Positions 1 through 9,433 of a stretch of DNA of 64,000 nucleotides are shown in pieces. Each line of letters begins with the position of its first letter. The stretch's first letter is position 1. The notes beneath the pieces were generated by a model. It ran no database searches, had not been told where the DNA came from, and saw only the letters and a list, made by a program, of their open reading frames with translations. Source of the DNA: an uncultured archaeon (lineage in GTDB: Archaea; Asgardarchaeota; Lokiarchaeia; Sigyniarchaeales; SOKP01); assembly GCA_964486045.1 (NCBI GenBank), contig CAZALK010000001.1:328242-392241 (forward strand), written 5' to 3'. Made by a program: the position numbers and the translations under genes.

Positions 1-266
1 GTGAAATTAAACAGTTAACAGTAGATCTAGCAGTCCTTGCTACTTGTATTATTCCTTCAAGGGGAATTAATAAATTATCAGAAATTTTAGGATTTGAATT
101 AAACACTTATGATTTTATTAAAACCAATCCCTTTTTACCTGTCGAAACGAGTGTAGAAGGGATCTATACCTGTGGTTGCGCTCGAGAACCTATGGATATT
201 CCTCGCTCAGTTGCAGAGGCTAGTGGAGCTGCAGCAAGAGCGGCAGAAGTCATAAAAGGAGGTTAA
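1..266 (+). CDS. hdrA: HdrA-like heterodisulfide reductase flavoprotein, C-terminal part (gene runs off the window start)
   Basis: Manual translation of frame 3: ...VDLAVLATCIIP...PVETSVEGIYTCGCAREPMDIPRSVAEASGAAARAAEVIKGG*, stop TAA at 264-266. Matches the region GIFACGAFTQPKDIPETVTQASAA of the 2967-5981 protein. Confidence 0.85.
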   Translation, partial: EIKQLTVDLAVLATCIIPSRGINKLSEILGFELNTYDFIKTNPFLPVETSVEGIYTCGCAREPMDIPRSVAEASGAAARAAEVIKGG

Positions 267-416
267 AAACTAGATGTTAAAAAAATTAAATGAAAATGTA
301 CTAAAAATAACATTTTCAATTACTAAAAATAATATTTTCAACTTTGTAAACATTTGGGATCAATTAGAATATTTTAGACATTTTAGTCAAAAACATATAT
401 TTTGGTTAGAAAAAAA

Positions 417-2186
417 ATGACAGAAAAAGAAGTTAGAATTGGAGTGTTCGTGTGTTCCTGTGGGTCAAATATCGGAGGATTAATAGACGTAAAAGCACTT
501 GCTGAGTACTCTAAAACTCTACCAAACGTCGTGTACAGTGATGACAACCTATATACTTGTTCAGAGACAGGACTACAACAAATAAGAGATGGAATTAAAG
601 ATCATAATTTGAACCGTGTAGTTGTTGCATCATGCACTCCAAGGACCCATGAGCCTTTATTTCGAGATACCGTCAAGGAGGAAGGCGTAAACGAATACCT
701 CTTCAATTTCGTTAATATTAGGGATCAGAATACCTGGTGCCACCAGAAGCACCCTAAAGAAGCCTTTGAAAAAGCAAAGGACTTAATAAGGATGGGTGTA
801 GCAAAAGCTGTTAAACTTGAAGCACTTGAAAATATTATAGTCGGCGCTACCACTACTGCTATAGTTATTGGCGGTGGTGTATCGGGGATGACAACTGCTA
901 TAAGTTTAGGAAACCAAGGATTTCAAACTTATTTAGTTGAGAAGGAAGACCATCTTGGTGGAAGATTAAATAATCTCTACAAACTTTTTCCTCATGATAT
1001 AGAAGCTTCAGTGTTGTTAGATAAACTCAAGCAAAATATTGAAAAGAATAAAAATATCACCGTCTATACTTCATCCAAAGTTACCAATATCGAAGGATTT
1101 GTTGGAAATTACGAGGTCGAAGTTACTCATAGTGAGAATAAGATTAATTTGACGGTAGGAGCTATTATAGTTGCAGTAGGAACCACTTTAGTGCCAATGG
1201 ATACTGTAGTAAAAGAGTTTAGACAGGCCTTAGGAAAGGAAGTATTCAACGCTACAGTTAAAACAATTGTCCCGCCGTCAGTTACTAAGGTTATGCAAGC
1301 AGATTTAGAATATGCTTTCATCCATAATGATTTCAGCGAAGATGTGAAAAAAAGATTCCCAAACGCTACACTTAATCCCAGTAATGTTGTAATGATGCAA
1401 TGTTGTGGTTCTAGAAATAATGTAAGACAGTATTGTTCTGCAGTATGTTGCATGACTGCCTTAAAGAATGCTTTAATACTTAAGGAAAGGAATCCCAATG
1501 TTAACGTAACAATCTTGTTTAGGGATATTTATACCCCAGGGACCGAATATGAAAATTATTACCGGAAGGCACGAGATAGTGGAATTATTTTTATTAAATA
1601 TCCAGACGAAGAACCACCCGCTGTAGTTGATGATAAGATTAAAGTCTTTAATGAATTTATTGGTGAATATATTTTAGTTCCATACGATTTGATTGTATTA
1701 TCAACACCGTTAGGAGCTAATGATGATAATAAAGAATTAGCTCAAATGTTAAAAGTCCCCTTGGAAGAAAATCAATTCTTTTTGGAAGCTCACGTAAAAT
1801 TACGCCCCATGGATTTTGCCACCGATGGAGTATATATAGCGGGTTCGGCAAAATGGCCGGTTGATATTACAGAGGCTATTACTCAAGGTTATGCAGCAGC
1901 TTCAAGAGCAAGTACGATAATTTCTCACGATACAATTGAAGTAGAGGGTGCTACATCATTTTTACCTGAATGGAATAAAAAGGTTTGCTCTGGTTGCGAA
2001 GTATGTGTTACAGTTTGTCCTTATAAGGCAATAAATAAAAATGAAAAAGATGAAATTGAAATAACTCAAGTATTATGTAAAGGGTGTGGCGTATGCGGTG
2101 CGACGTGCACCAACCAAGCTATAATAATAAGACACTTTACAGATGAACAGATTATGTCTGAAATTCATGCATTTGGAGGTGTATAG
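417..2186 (+). CDS. hdrA: HdrA-like FAD/iron-sulfur protein (one FAD module plus C-terminal 2x[4Fe-4S])
   Basis: RIGVFVCSCGSNI, VVASCTPRTHE, GGGVSG FAD motif, QCCGSR...YCSAVCC, EAHVKLRP and two CxxCxxCxxxC motifs. ATG at 417 preferred over TTG at 402. Confidence 0.9.
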   Translation: MTEKEVRIGVFVCSCGSNIGGLIDVKALAEYSKTLPNVVYSDDNLYTCSETGLQQIRDGIKDHNLNRVVVASCTPRTHEPLFRDTVKEEGVNEYLFNFVNIRDQNTWCHQKHPKEAFEKAKDLIRMGVAKAVKLEALENIIVGATTTAIVIGGGVSGMTTAISLGNQGFQTYLVEKEDHLGGRLNNLYKLFPHDIEASVLLDKLKQNIEKNKNITVYTSSKVTNIEGFVGNYEVEVTHSENKINLTVGAIIVAVGTTLVPMDTVVKEFRQALGKEVFNATVKTIVPPSVTKVMQADLEYAFIHNDFSEDVKKRFPNATLNPSNVVMMQCCGSRNNVRQYCSAVCCMTALKNALILKERNPNVNVTILFRDIYTPGTEYENYYRKARDSGIIFIKYPDEEPPAVVDDKIKVFNEFIGEYILVPYDLIVLSTPLGANDDNKELAQMLKVPLEENQFFLEAHVKLRPMDFATDGVYIAGSAKWPVDITEAITQGYAAASRASTIISHDTIEVEGATSFLPEWNKKVCSGCEVCVTVCPYKAINKNEKDEIEITQVLCKGCGVCGATCTNQAIIIRHFTDEQIMSEIHAFGGV

Positions 2187-2191
2187 ATAAG

Positions 2192-2953
2192 ATGAGTTAT
2201 GAACCGAAAATATTAGGATTTTTATGTAATTGGTGTTCTTACGCCGGTGCGGATTTAGCGGGGGTATCTAGAATGCAATATCCGCCAAATATAAGGGTAA
2301 TAAGAGTCATGTGTAGTGGTCGGGTGGATCCAAGGTTTATTTTTGAAGCACTCCAAGTCGGTGCTGATGGAGTAATAGTAATGGGATGCCATCCAGGAGA
2401 TTGTCATTACCTAGAAGGAAACTACGAAGCAGAAAAAAAGTTTGAGATGGTTCAGAAATTCCTCAAACTTATAAATTTTGATAATAGAGTAAGATTAGAA
2501 TGGGTTTCTGCCTCAGAAGGAGCTAGGTATGCTGAAATTGTTAAAGATTTTACCAATCAAATAAAAGAACTTGGAGTATCTCCTGCAGGTGGAGATAATC
2601 CAGATAAAACAGTTCTTGGTAAGCTGAAGGCTATGCAAAAGGCTGCTGGAGGCGATCGATTGAGGGCACTCGTAGGAAGGGAAAGAAAGATTACAGAAGA
2701 AACGAATGTCTATGGAGAAAAAGTATCAATTGAAAAATTTAATGATATTTTTGACTCAGCAATTATAGAAGAATATTACAGGCAAAGAATCTTGCTATCG
2801 CTAGAAAAGGATCCAAAATCTGTAAAAGATTTAGCTATTGAATTAGAGATCGATCCAAGTGAAGTTTTGCAACATATTTTAGTTTTAAAAACTAGAATTC
2901 AAGCAGACTTCCAAAAAATTGTTGGAAATACACCAATATTTATGAAAACTTAA
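2192..2953 (+). CDS. mvhD: MvhD/FlxD-type [2Fe-2S] subunit fused to a C-terminal winged-helix-like extension
   Basis: FLCNWCSYAGADLAG, VMCSGRV and GCHPGDCHY motifs, then about 120 extra residues including PKSVKDLAIELEIDPSEVLQHILVLK. Confidence 0.88.
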   Translation: MSYEPKILGFLCNWCSYAGADLAGVSRMQYPPNIRVIRVMCSGRVDPRFIFEALQVGADGVIVMGCHPGDCHYLEGNYEAEKKFEMVQKFLKLINFDNRVRLEWVSASEGARYAEIVKDFTNQIKELGVSPAGGDNPDKTVLGKLKAMQKAAGGDRLRALVGRERKITEETNVYGEKVSIEKFNDIFDSAIIEEYYRQRILLSLEKDPKSVKDLAIELEIDPSEVLQHILVLKTRIQADFQKIVGNTPIFMKT

Positions 2954-2966
2954 AGGAGATAAAAAA

Positions 2967-5900
2967 ATGGAAAAAATCGGAGCAGTTATGGTTGTAGGCG
3001 CTGGAATAGGAGGTTCCCAAACAGCGCTAGATCTAGGAGACACGGGCTATAAAGTCTATTTAATCGAATCATCCACAAGCATCGGTGGCGTTATGGCCCA
3101 ATTGGATAAGACCTTTCCCACTAATGATTGTGCGATGTGTATCATAAGTCCTAAACTGGTCACTGTCGGCAGGCACCCGAACGTCGATTTAAGTATTAAT
3201 TGTACAATACAAAATGTGTCTGGAGAAGCAGGAAACTTCACAGTTAAAGTCCTAAAAAAATCTTTATTTATTAATCCTGATACATGTACCGGTTGCGGTG
3301 TTTGCGGTATTAATTGCCCAGTTGAAGCAATAGATGTCTTCAATGAGGGTTTAGCTAAATATTCGGCAACTTCGGTAAAATATCCTCAAGCAGTCCCTCT
3401 AGTTTATGCAATTAATAAAGAATATTGTATTGGTTGCGGAGTATGTGCAGGAGTGTGCAAAGCTAAGGCAGTAGAATATGATAGAGAAGATGAAGAAGTC
3501 GACCTAAATGTAGGCGCTATAGTTTTAGCACCTGGATTTGATGAATATGTACCTGCTGAAGCCAATAGATATGGCTATCGAAACTTTAAAAATGTAGTTA
3601 CAAGTATTGAATTTGAAAGAATACTTAGCGCTTCAGGCCCATTTGCAGGAAGGGTTTTAAGACCTTCTGATGGAGATATTCCAGAAAGGGTTGCTTTTCT
3701 CCAATGTGTAGGATCACGAAATTATACTGGAGAAGGACAACCATATTGTTCAAGCGTTTGTTGTATGTATACAGCAAAAGAAGCCGTGATTGCTCATGAA
3801 CATCAACATCAAGTAAAGCCTACGATTTTTAGCATGGATATTAGGGCTTATGGAAAAGATTTTGATAAATATATTATTAGAGCTCAAGAACAATATGGGA
3901 TCCGATATGTTCGAAGCAGAATCTCCTCTGTAGAAGAAATTCCAGGTACTCAGGATTTAATACTCCACTATGAAACAGAAGATGGAAAAATTGTCGAAGA
4001 AATTTTTAATATGGTTGTATTAAGTGTTGGACTAAATCCTCCGGCAGATGCAGAATTCCTTGCAGAAAAATTTGGTATTGAATTAAATGATTATAAGTTT
4101 GCAAAAACAGATGTATTTAATCCAGTACAAACCACTAGACCGGGGATTTTTGCATGTGGTGCATTTACTCAACCTAAAGACATCCCTGAAACAGTCACGC
4201 AAGCGAGTGCAGCTTCAGGCTGTGTCAATGAACTTTTATATGAAAAAAGAGGTACATTAATTACAGAAAAAACCTTACCTCCAGAAATTTTTGTGGCTGG
4301 GCAACCACCACGCATAGGTGTATTTGTATGCCATTGTGGGATAAACATAGCGGGATATGTAGATGTCCCAGAAGTAACGAGATATGCGGGAACGCTACCG
4401 AATGTAGTTATGGCAGATAATAATTTATATACATGTTCTGCTGATACTCAAGGGATAATAAAAGAAAAAGTAGAAGAATATCATTTAAATCGTGTGATAG
4501 TTGCATCATGTACTCCTAGGACACATGAACCTTTATTCCAGGAGACAATAAGAGAGGCAGGATTGAATAGATACTTGTTTCAGATGGCTAACATTCGGGA
4601 TCAATGCTCATGGGTTCATATGAACGACTGGGAAGCAGCTACGCAAAAATCAAAAGATCTTGTGAGAATGGCTGTAAATAAAGCAAGACGATTAGGACCT
4701 ATAGAAAGAATAAAGTTAAATGTAAAAAAAGCAGCGTTAATTATTGGTGGTGGAATAAGTGGTTTAACAGCTGCTCTCAATTTTGCAAGTCAAGAATTTG
4801 AAACTCATTTAGTAGAGAGACAGGGAGAATTAGGCGGTTTTGCTAATCATGTTTATAACACCCTCGAAGGAGGGAATGTTCAGGAATATTTAAAGGATTT
4901 AATTGAAAAAGTCACTTTGAATAAATTTATTCATGTGTATACCAACGCCGAAGTTGAATATGTTGACGGTTATGTAGGAAATTTTAAATCAGCAGTAATT
5001 CATGGATCAAGTAAGGAAAGAGTAGAAATAAAACATGGAGTAGTAATTGTGGCAACGGGAGCTAAGGAATATCAGCCCAAAGAATATCTCTATGGAGAAG
5101 ATGAAAAAGTAATCTTACAATCCGAACTTGAAAAAATCTTAAATACGAATGGAAAATTCAAAGACAAGAAATCGATTGTAATGATTCAATGTGTAGGTTC
5201 TCGAAACGATGAGCATCCTTATTGTAGTAAAATGTGTTGCGCAGAAGCTATTAAAAACGCATTATTAGTGAAAAAGTTAAATCCCGCATGTGAAGTTACA
5301 ATTTTATTTCGAGACATTAGAACCTATGGTTTTAAAGAAAAATATTATAGAAAAGCACGAGAAGAAGGAGTTATCTTTCTACGGTATGATGAAAAAAATC
5401 CTCCTGAAGTTATTAAAGAAGGGGCATCAATTAAAGTGAATGTTAAGACACCGAAAGCTGGTGAAATATCTATTCCAGCGGATTGGGTAGCATTGAGTGC
5501 CGGTATTGTAGCCTCTCATGAGGAAAATGAAGAACTTGCCAAAAAGTTAAAAGTTCCCTTAAATGAGGACAATTTTTATTTAGAAGCCCATGTTAAACTG
5601 CGTCCAGTTGATTTTGCAACTGAAGGTATATTTGTTGCTGGAATAGCACATTGCCCTAAAACAATTGAAGATTCAATTTCACAAGCTAATGCGGCAGTTT
5701 CAAGGGCTTGCACAATTCTTTCCAAAGATGAGGTTGAAGTCGAAGGAAAAACTGCGAGAATTGATATTACTAGGTGTACAGGTTGTGCCATGTGTGTTGA
5801 GAATTGTGCTTATAACGCTATTGAGATAATTGAAGATCGAAGATTTGGTACAGTAGCAGCTATTAACCAAGCATTATGTAAGGGATGTGGAGCTTGTAGC

Positions 5901-5981
5901 GGTAATTGCAGATGTAGTGCAATAGATATTCTCGGTTTTACAGGATCCCAAATTTTTGAAATGATTACTGCAAGATTATAA
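2967..5981 (+). CDS. hdrA: Large double-module HdrA-like flavoprotein
   Basis: Two FAD motifs (GAGIGG, GGGISG), LDKTFPTNDCAMC, internal and terminal ferredoxin motifs, two QCVGSR/YCSxxCC motifs. GGAG RBS upstream. Confidence 0.92.
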   Translation: MEKIGAVMVVGAGIGGSQTALDLGDTGYKVYLIESSTSIGGVMAQLDKTFPTNDCAMCIISPKLVTVGRHPNVDLSINCTIQNVSGEAGNFTVKVLKKSLFINPDTCTGCGVCGINCPVEAIDVFNEGLAKYSATSVKYPQAVPLVYAINKEYCIGCGVCAGVCKAKAVEYDREDEEVDLNVGAIVLAPGFDEYVPAEANRYGYRNFKNVVTSIEFERILSASGPFAGRVLRPSDGDIPERVAFLQCVGSRNYTGEGQPYCSSVCCMYTAKEAVIAHEHQHQVKPTIFSMDIRAYGKDFDKYIIRAQEQYGIRYVRSRISSVEEIPGTQDLILHYETEDGKIVEEIFNMVVLSVGLNPPADAEFLAEKFGIELNDYKFAKTDVFNPVQTTRPGIFACGAFTQPKDIPETVTQASAASGCVNELLYEKRGTLITEKTLPPEIFVAGQPPRIGVFVCHCGINIAGYVDVPEVTRYAGTLPNVVMADNNLYTCSADTQGIIKEKVEEYHLNRVIVASCTPRTHEPLFQETIREAGLNRYLFQMANIRDQCSWVHMNDWEAATQKSKDLVRMAVNKARRLGPIERIKLNVKKAALIIGGGISGLTAALNFASQEFETHLVERQGELGGFANHVYNTLEGGNVQEYLKDLIEKVTLNKFIHVYTNAEVEYVDGYVGNFKSAVIHGSSKERVEIKHGVVIVATGAKEYQPKEYLYGEDEKVILQSELEKILNTNGKFKDKKSIVMIQCVGSRNDEHPYCSKMCCAEAIKNALLVKKLNPACEVTILFRDIRTYGFKEKYYRKAREEGVIFLRYDEKNPPEVIKEGASIKVNVKTPKAGEISIPADWVALSAGIVASHEENEELAKKLKVPLNEDNFYLEAHVKLRPVDFATEGIFVAGIAHCPKTIEDSISQANAAVSRACTILSKDEVEVEGKTARIDITRCTGCAMCVENCAYNAIEIIEDRRFGTVAAINQALCKGCGACSGNCRCSAIDILGFTGSQIFEMITARL

Positions 5982-6009
5982 AACTAAAAGAATGTTAAGG
6001 ACAAGAAAA

Positions 6010-6462
6010 ATGACCGAAACAGCTGTAGAAGAAAAGAAAATTGATGAGAAATGGGAACCAAAAATCATCGCTTTCTTGTGTAATTGGTGTTCTTATGCCG
6101 GAGCAGATTTAGCGGGAGTTTCTCGCATCCAATATCCTCCGAGCATTAGAATAGTTAGAGTTCCCTGTTCGGGAAGAGTTAATCCTTATTTTATCATAAA
6201 AAGTCTGACAGATGGATGGGATGGTGTGCTTATTTCAGGTTGTCATCCTGGTGATTGTCACTATATCAGTGGAAACTTGGTTGCTCGAAGGCGTTTTGCT
6301 ATCTTAAATGATTTATTGCAATTCTTCGGTATTGAGCCTGGACGGGTCAATTTCATGTGGGCTTCTGCCGCTGAAGGAGAGCGATTCGCCACCCTGGTTA
6401 AGAAAGCAACAAAATTAGTAAAAGAATTAGGACCAAACACAAAATTTCAAAAAAAGTGGTGA
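6010..6462 (+). CDS. mvhD: MvhD/FlxD-type [2Fe-2S] subunit
   Basis: FLCNWCSYAGADLAG, VPCSGRV, GCHPGDCHY. ORF track starts at 5992; ATG 6010 is more likely. Confidence 0.92.
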   Translation: MTETAVEEKKIDEKWEPKIIAFLCNWCSYAGADLAGVSRIQYPPSIRIVRVPCSGRVNPYFIIKSLTDGWDGVLISGCHPGDCHYISGNLVARRRFAILNDLLQFFGIEPGRVNFMWASAAEGERFATLVKKATKLVKELGPNTKFQKKW

Positions 6463-6468
6463 TACATT

Positions 6469-7488
6469 GTGGGGATTGATGCAGAAAACCAGGATATAGA
6501 AAAAAATATCAGAGAGATTGCAAGAAATTTACTTAAAGAAAAAAGAGTGGACGCAATTATTGGTTATAAGAAAGGAACATTACCCTTACTTTCGCAACCA
6601 ATCATTATTAAAAAAGAAGAAGACGTTGATAAATTAATTTGGAATAATGTGTGTTATTCAAATTTAGCAAAATATTTCGTGCCTCGAGTACCAAAACTGA
6701 TAGGTGAGGAAAATAATAATTTGAAAGTGGGAGTTGTCGCTAAAGGGTGTGTTGGAAGAGCAATAAATCTTCTCGCAGCAGAACACCAAATTAATCTTGA
6801 TAATATAATTTTAATTGGTATTCCTTGTACTGGTTTAATTAATCGACAGCGTATTGAGATGGATATTGGCCAAAAAGAAATTACAGAAGTCTCAGTGTCG
6901 GAGGATAAAATTATTGTTAAAGGGAAAGATTTTGAAAAATCATTTCCATTTGATGAGTACATAAACGAATTATGTAAAACTTGTAAAGTTAAATCGCCAC
7001 CTACATCATCTAAAGTATCTGATATGTGTTTAGGTGATTGTCAAAAGTATTCATCTATTTCTGATGAGTTTGAGGATGTCTCAGAATTCGAATTGAAAAC
7101 ACCTCAAGAGAAATGGGATTATTTCAAGGAAATATTAAGTGTATGTACACGGTGTTATGCATGTAGGGAAGCTTGTCCAATGTGCTATTGTAACCTCTGC
7201 TTTGTTGACCAGAACAAACCCGTTTGGTTTGGTAAAACATCTGATATCTCTGATATCATGGTATTTCATCTAATCCGTGAAATTCATATGGCGGGGAGAT
7301 GTGTAGGATGCGGTGCTTGCAGTAGTGTATGTCCGATGGGAATTGACTTAAGTTTAATTAATCGAAAACTAGAGAAAATTGTAAAAGATAGATTTAAGTA
7401 CACTTCAGGAATGGATCCCGAAGAAGTACCCCCAATGGTAACATTTTCAATGGAGGATGATCAAGAATTTATGTTAGAGGAGGACTAA
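6469..7488 (+). CDS. FdhB/FlxC-like 4Fe-4S dicluster protein
   Basis: AKGC motif, CTRCYACREACPMCYC and HMAGRCVGCGACSSVCP. GGTGA RBS before the GTG start. Confidence 0.85.
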   Translation: MGIDAENQDIEKNIREIARNLLKEKRVDAIIGYKKGTLPLLSQPIIIKKEEDVDKLIWNNVCYSNLAKYFVPRVPKLIGEENNNLKVGVVAKGCVGRAINLLAAEHQINLDNIILIGIPCTGLINRQRIEMDIGQKEITEVSVSEDKIIVKGKDFEKSFPFDEYINELCKTCKVKSPPTSSKVSDMCLGDCQKYSSISDEFEDVSEFELKTPQEKWDYFKEILSVCTRCYACREACPMCYCNLCFVDQNKPVWFGKTSDISDIMVFHLIREIHMAGRCVGCGACSSVCPMGIDLSLINRKLEKIVKDRFKYTSGMDPEEVPPMVTFSMEDDQEFMLEED

Positions 7489-7492
7489 AAAG

Positions 7493-8557
7493 ATGACTAA
7501 AAAAATATTATTGAAGACAGAAATAGTTAAGTTATTTACTGAAATTTCGAAAGAAGCTGACTTTTATGCCCCAATTAATGAGAAAGGCAATATTGCTTTT
7601 AAGAAGATTTCTAAACAAGAAGAAATTCAGTTAGATTATCTTAATTCAAAAGTTCCTCCTAAAGATGTCTTATTTCCTAGAATGGAAACAATATTTACAT
7701 ATAAATACGTAGGAAAAGATGTCGAAATTGAAGAAAGACAAGGTTTGGACCAGAAAATTGTAATTTTTGGAGTTAGACCTTGTGATGTCTATAGTTTTAA
7801 GTTATTAGAAGACTTTTTTGGTTTTGGGAATGTTCAAGATGAATTATTTTTAAAAAAGCGAGAAAATTCAACAATAATAAGCATAGGATGTAATAATCCC
7901 AGACAATCATGTTTCTGCAGTTCTGTAGGGGGACATCCATTCTCAAAAGACGAAACAGATGTCTTTTTAGTTGAATTAGATGATAAATACATCGTTGAGC
8001 CAATTAGCGAAAAAGGTAACATTTTTGTTGACAAATTATCATGGCTCTCTGACGCAAGCGATAAAGTTTCACAATTAATTGAAGAATTAGCAAAGCAAGC
8101 TGAAGAATCAATTACAACGAAGTTCAATTTTGATTTAGTAACTAAAATTTTGGGAGAGAATTTTGATCATCCTGTATGGGAAGAAATCAGTGAAAACTGT
8201 ATCGGATGTAGTTCATGCACATTTTTATGTCCTACTTGTACGTGTTTTGACGTAATAGATGAACATGATGAGTATAATAATCGGGGAAGACGGATTAGGA
8301 TATGGGATACGTGTCAATCATGTCTTTATACTAGAGAGACAAGTGGTCATAATCCTAGACCCGCAAAAATTCAACGATGTAGGAATCGGATAATGCATAA
8401 ATTTAGTTATTATCCTACAAATTATAGCTGTTTAGGATGTGTAGGATGTGGTAGGTGTATTACTGCATGCCCTGTAAATAATGAACTCAGAGTTATTATT
8501 GATAAAGTATTAGAGATTGAAAGTAAACAAGAAAAGGGAGAGAAAATAAATGCCTAG
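7493..8557 (+). CDS. AsrA/FlxB-like 4Fe-4S dicluster protein
   Basis: GVRPCD, CFC, CIGCSSCTFLCPTCTCF, RxWDTC, HKF, CVGCGRCITACP. Confidence 0.88.
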   Translation: MTKKILLKTEIVKLFTEISKEADFYAPINEKGNIAFKKISKQEEIQLDYLNSKVPPKDVLFPRMETIFTYKYVGKDVEIEERQGLDQKIVIFGVRPCDVYSFKLLEDFFGFGNVQDELFLKKRENSTIISIGCNNPRQSCFCSSVGGHPFSKDETDVFLVELDDKYIVEPISEKGNIFVDKLSWLSDASDKVSQLIEELAKQAEESITTKFNFDLVTKILGENFDHPVWEEISENCIGCSSCTFLCPTCTCFDVIDEHDEYNNRGRRIRIWDTCQSCLYTRETSGHNPRPAKIQRCRNRIMHKFSYYPTNYSCLGCVGCGRCITACPVNNELRVIIDKVLEIESKQEKGEKINA

Positions 8558-9389
8558 TATATATATTCCAAGCCTAACAAAAATTAAATCGATTGTAACA
8601 GAAAATAAGGCAAACGATATTAAAACAATAGAGCTGGAATTCGTAAAAGATGAGGATTATAAAGGATTTGATTATATTCCAGGACAATTTGCTGAAGTCA
8701 ATGTTATTGGAAAAGGAGAGTGTCCTATTGGGATAGCATCATCTCCTACCGAAGAGGGTACTATAAAATTTACTATCAAAAAAATGGGAACAGTTACTTC
8801 CGCTATTCATAACACAGAGGTTGGAGATACAATTGGCATTAGGGGACCTCTTGGAAATGGATGGCCCATGGAGGAACTAAAAGGAAAAAACATTGTAGTT
8901 ATTGGTGGTGGGTTTGCATTTTCAACACTACGGTCATTAATTTTATATATTTTAGACGAAAAACATAGGAAAGATTTTGGAGACATTACAACGATTTATG
9001 GAAATCGAGATTCAGGAGAAGTTTTATACAGAGATTTATTAGAAGAATGGGAGAAACGTGATGATATTAAAGTCGTTTTAACTATTGATCGCGGAGAAGA
9101 GGGATGGACTCGTGAAGTTGGTTTTGTTGCAGCAATCGTTAAAAAAGTTGCTCCTCCTCCAGAAAACGCTATTGCGATCATTTGTGGACCTCCCATAATG
9201 ATTAAAACTGCTGTGGCTGAACTTGTAGAACTTGGTTGGAAAGATGAGCAGATTCTGAATAGCTTAGAGATGAGAATGAAGTGTGGTATAGGTAAATGTG
9301 GAAGATGTAACATTGGGAGTAAGTATGTCTGCACAGATGGTCCTGTTTTTTCACTCGCAGAACTGAAAAAAATGCCCAATGAATACTAG
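8550..9389 (+). CDS. AsrB/FlxA-like FAD/NAD(P)-binding [2Fe-2S] oxidoreductase
   Basis: PGQF, RGPLGNG, GGG, CGPPIM, MKCGIGKCGRC...CTDGPVF. Overlaps the upstream stop (translational coupling). Confidence 0.9.
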   Translation: MPSIYIPSLTKIKSIVTENKANDIKTIELEFVKDEDYKGFDYIPGQFAEVNVIGKGECPIGIASSPTEEGTIKFTIKKMGTVTSAIHNTEVGDTIGIRGPLGNGWPMEELKGKNIVVIGGGFAFSTLRSLILYILDEKHRKDFGDITTIYGNRDSGEVLYRDLLEEWEKRDDIKVVLTIDRGEEGWTREVGFVAAIVKKVAPPPENAIAIICGPPIMIKTAVAELVELGWKDEQILNSLEMRMKCGIGKCGRCNIGSKYVCTDGPVFSLAELKKMPNEY

Positions 9390-9433
9390 AACTTCTTTCA
9401 CTTTTTTGTAAAACTGACTAATTTTAGCTCATT

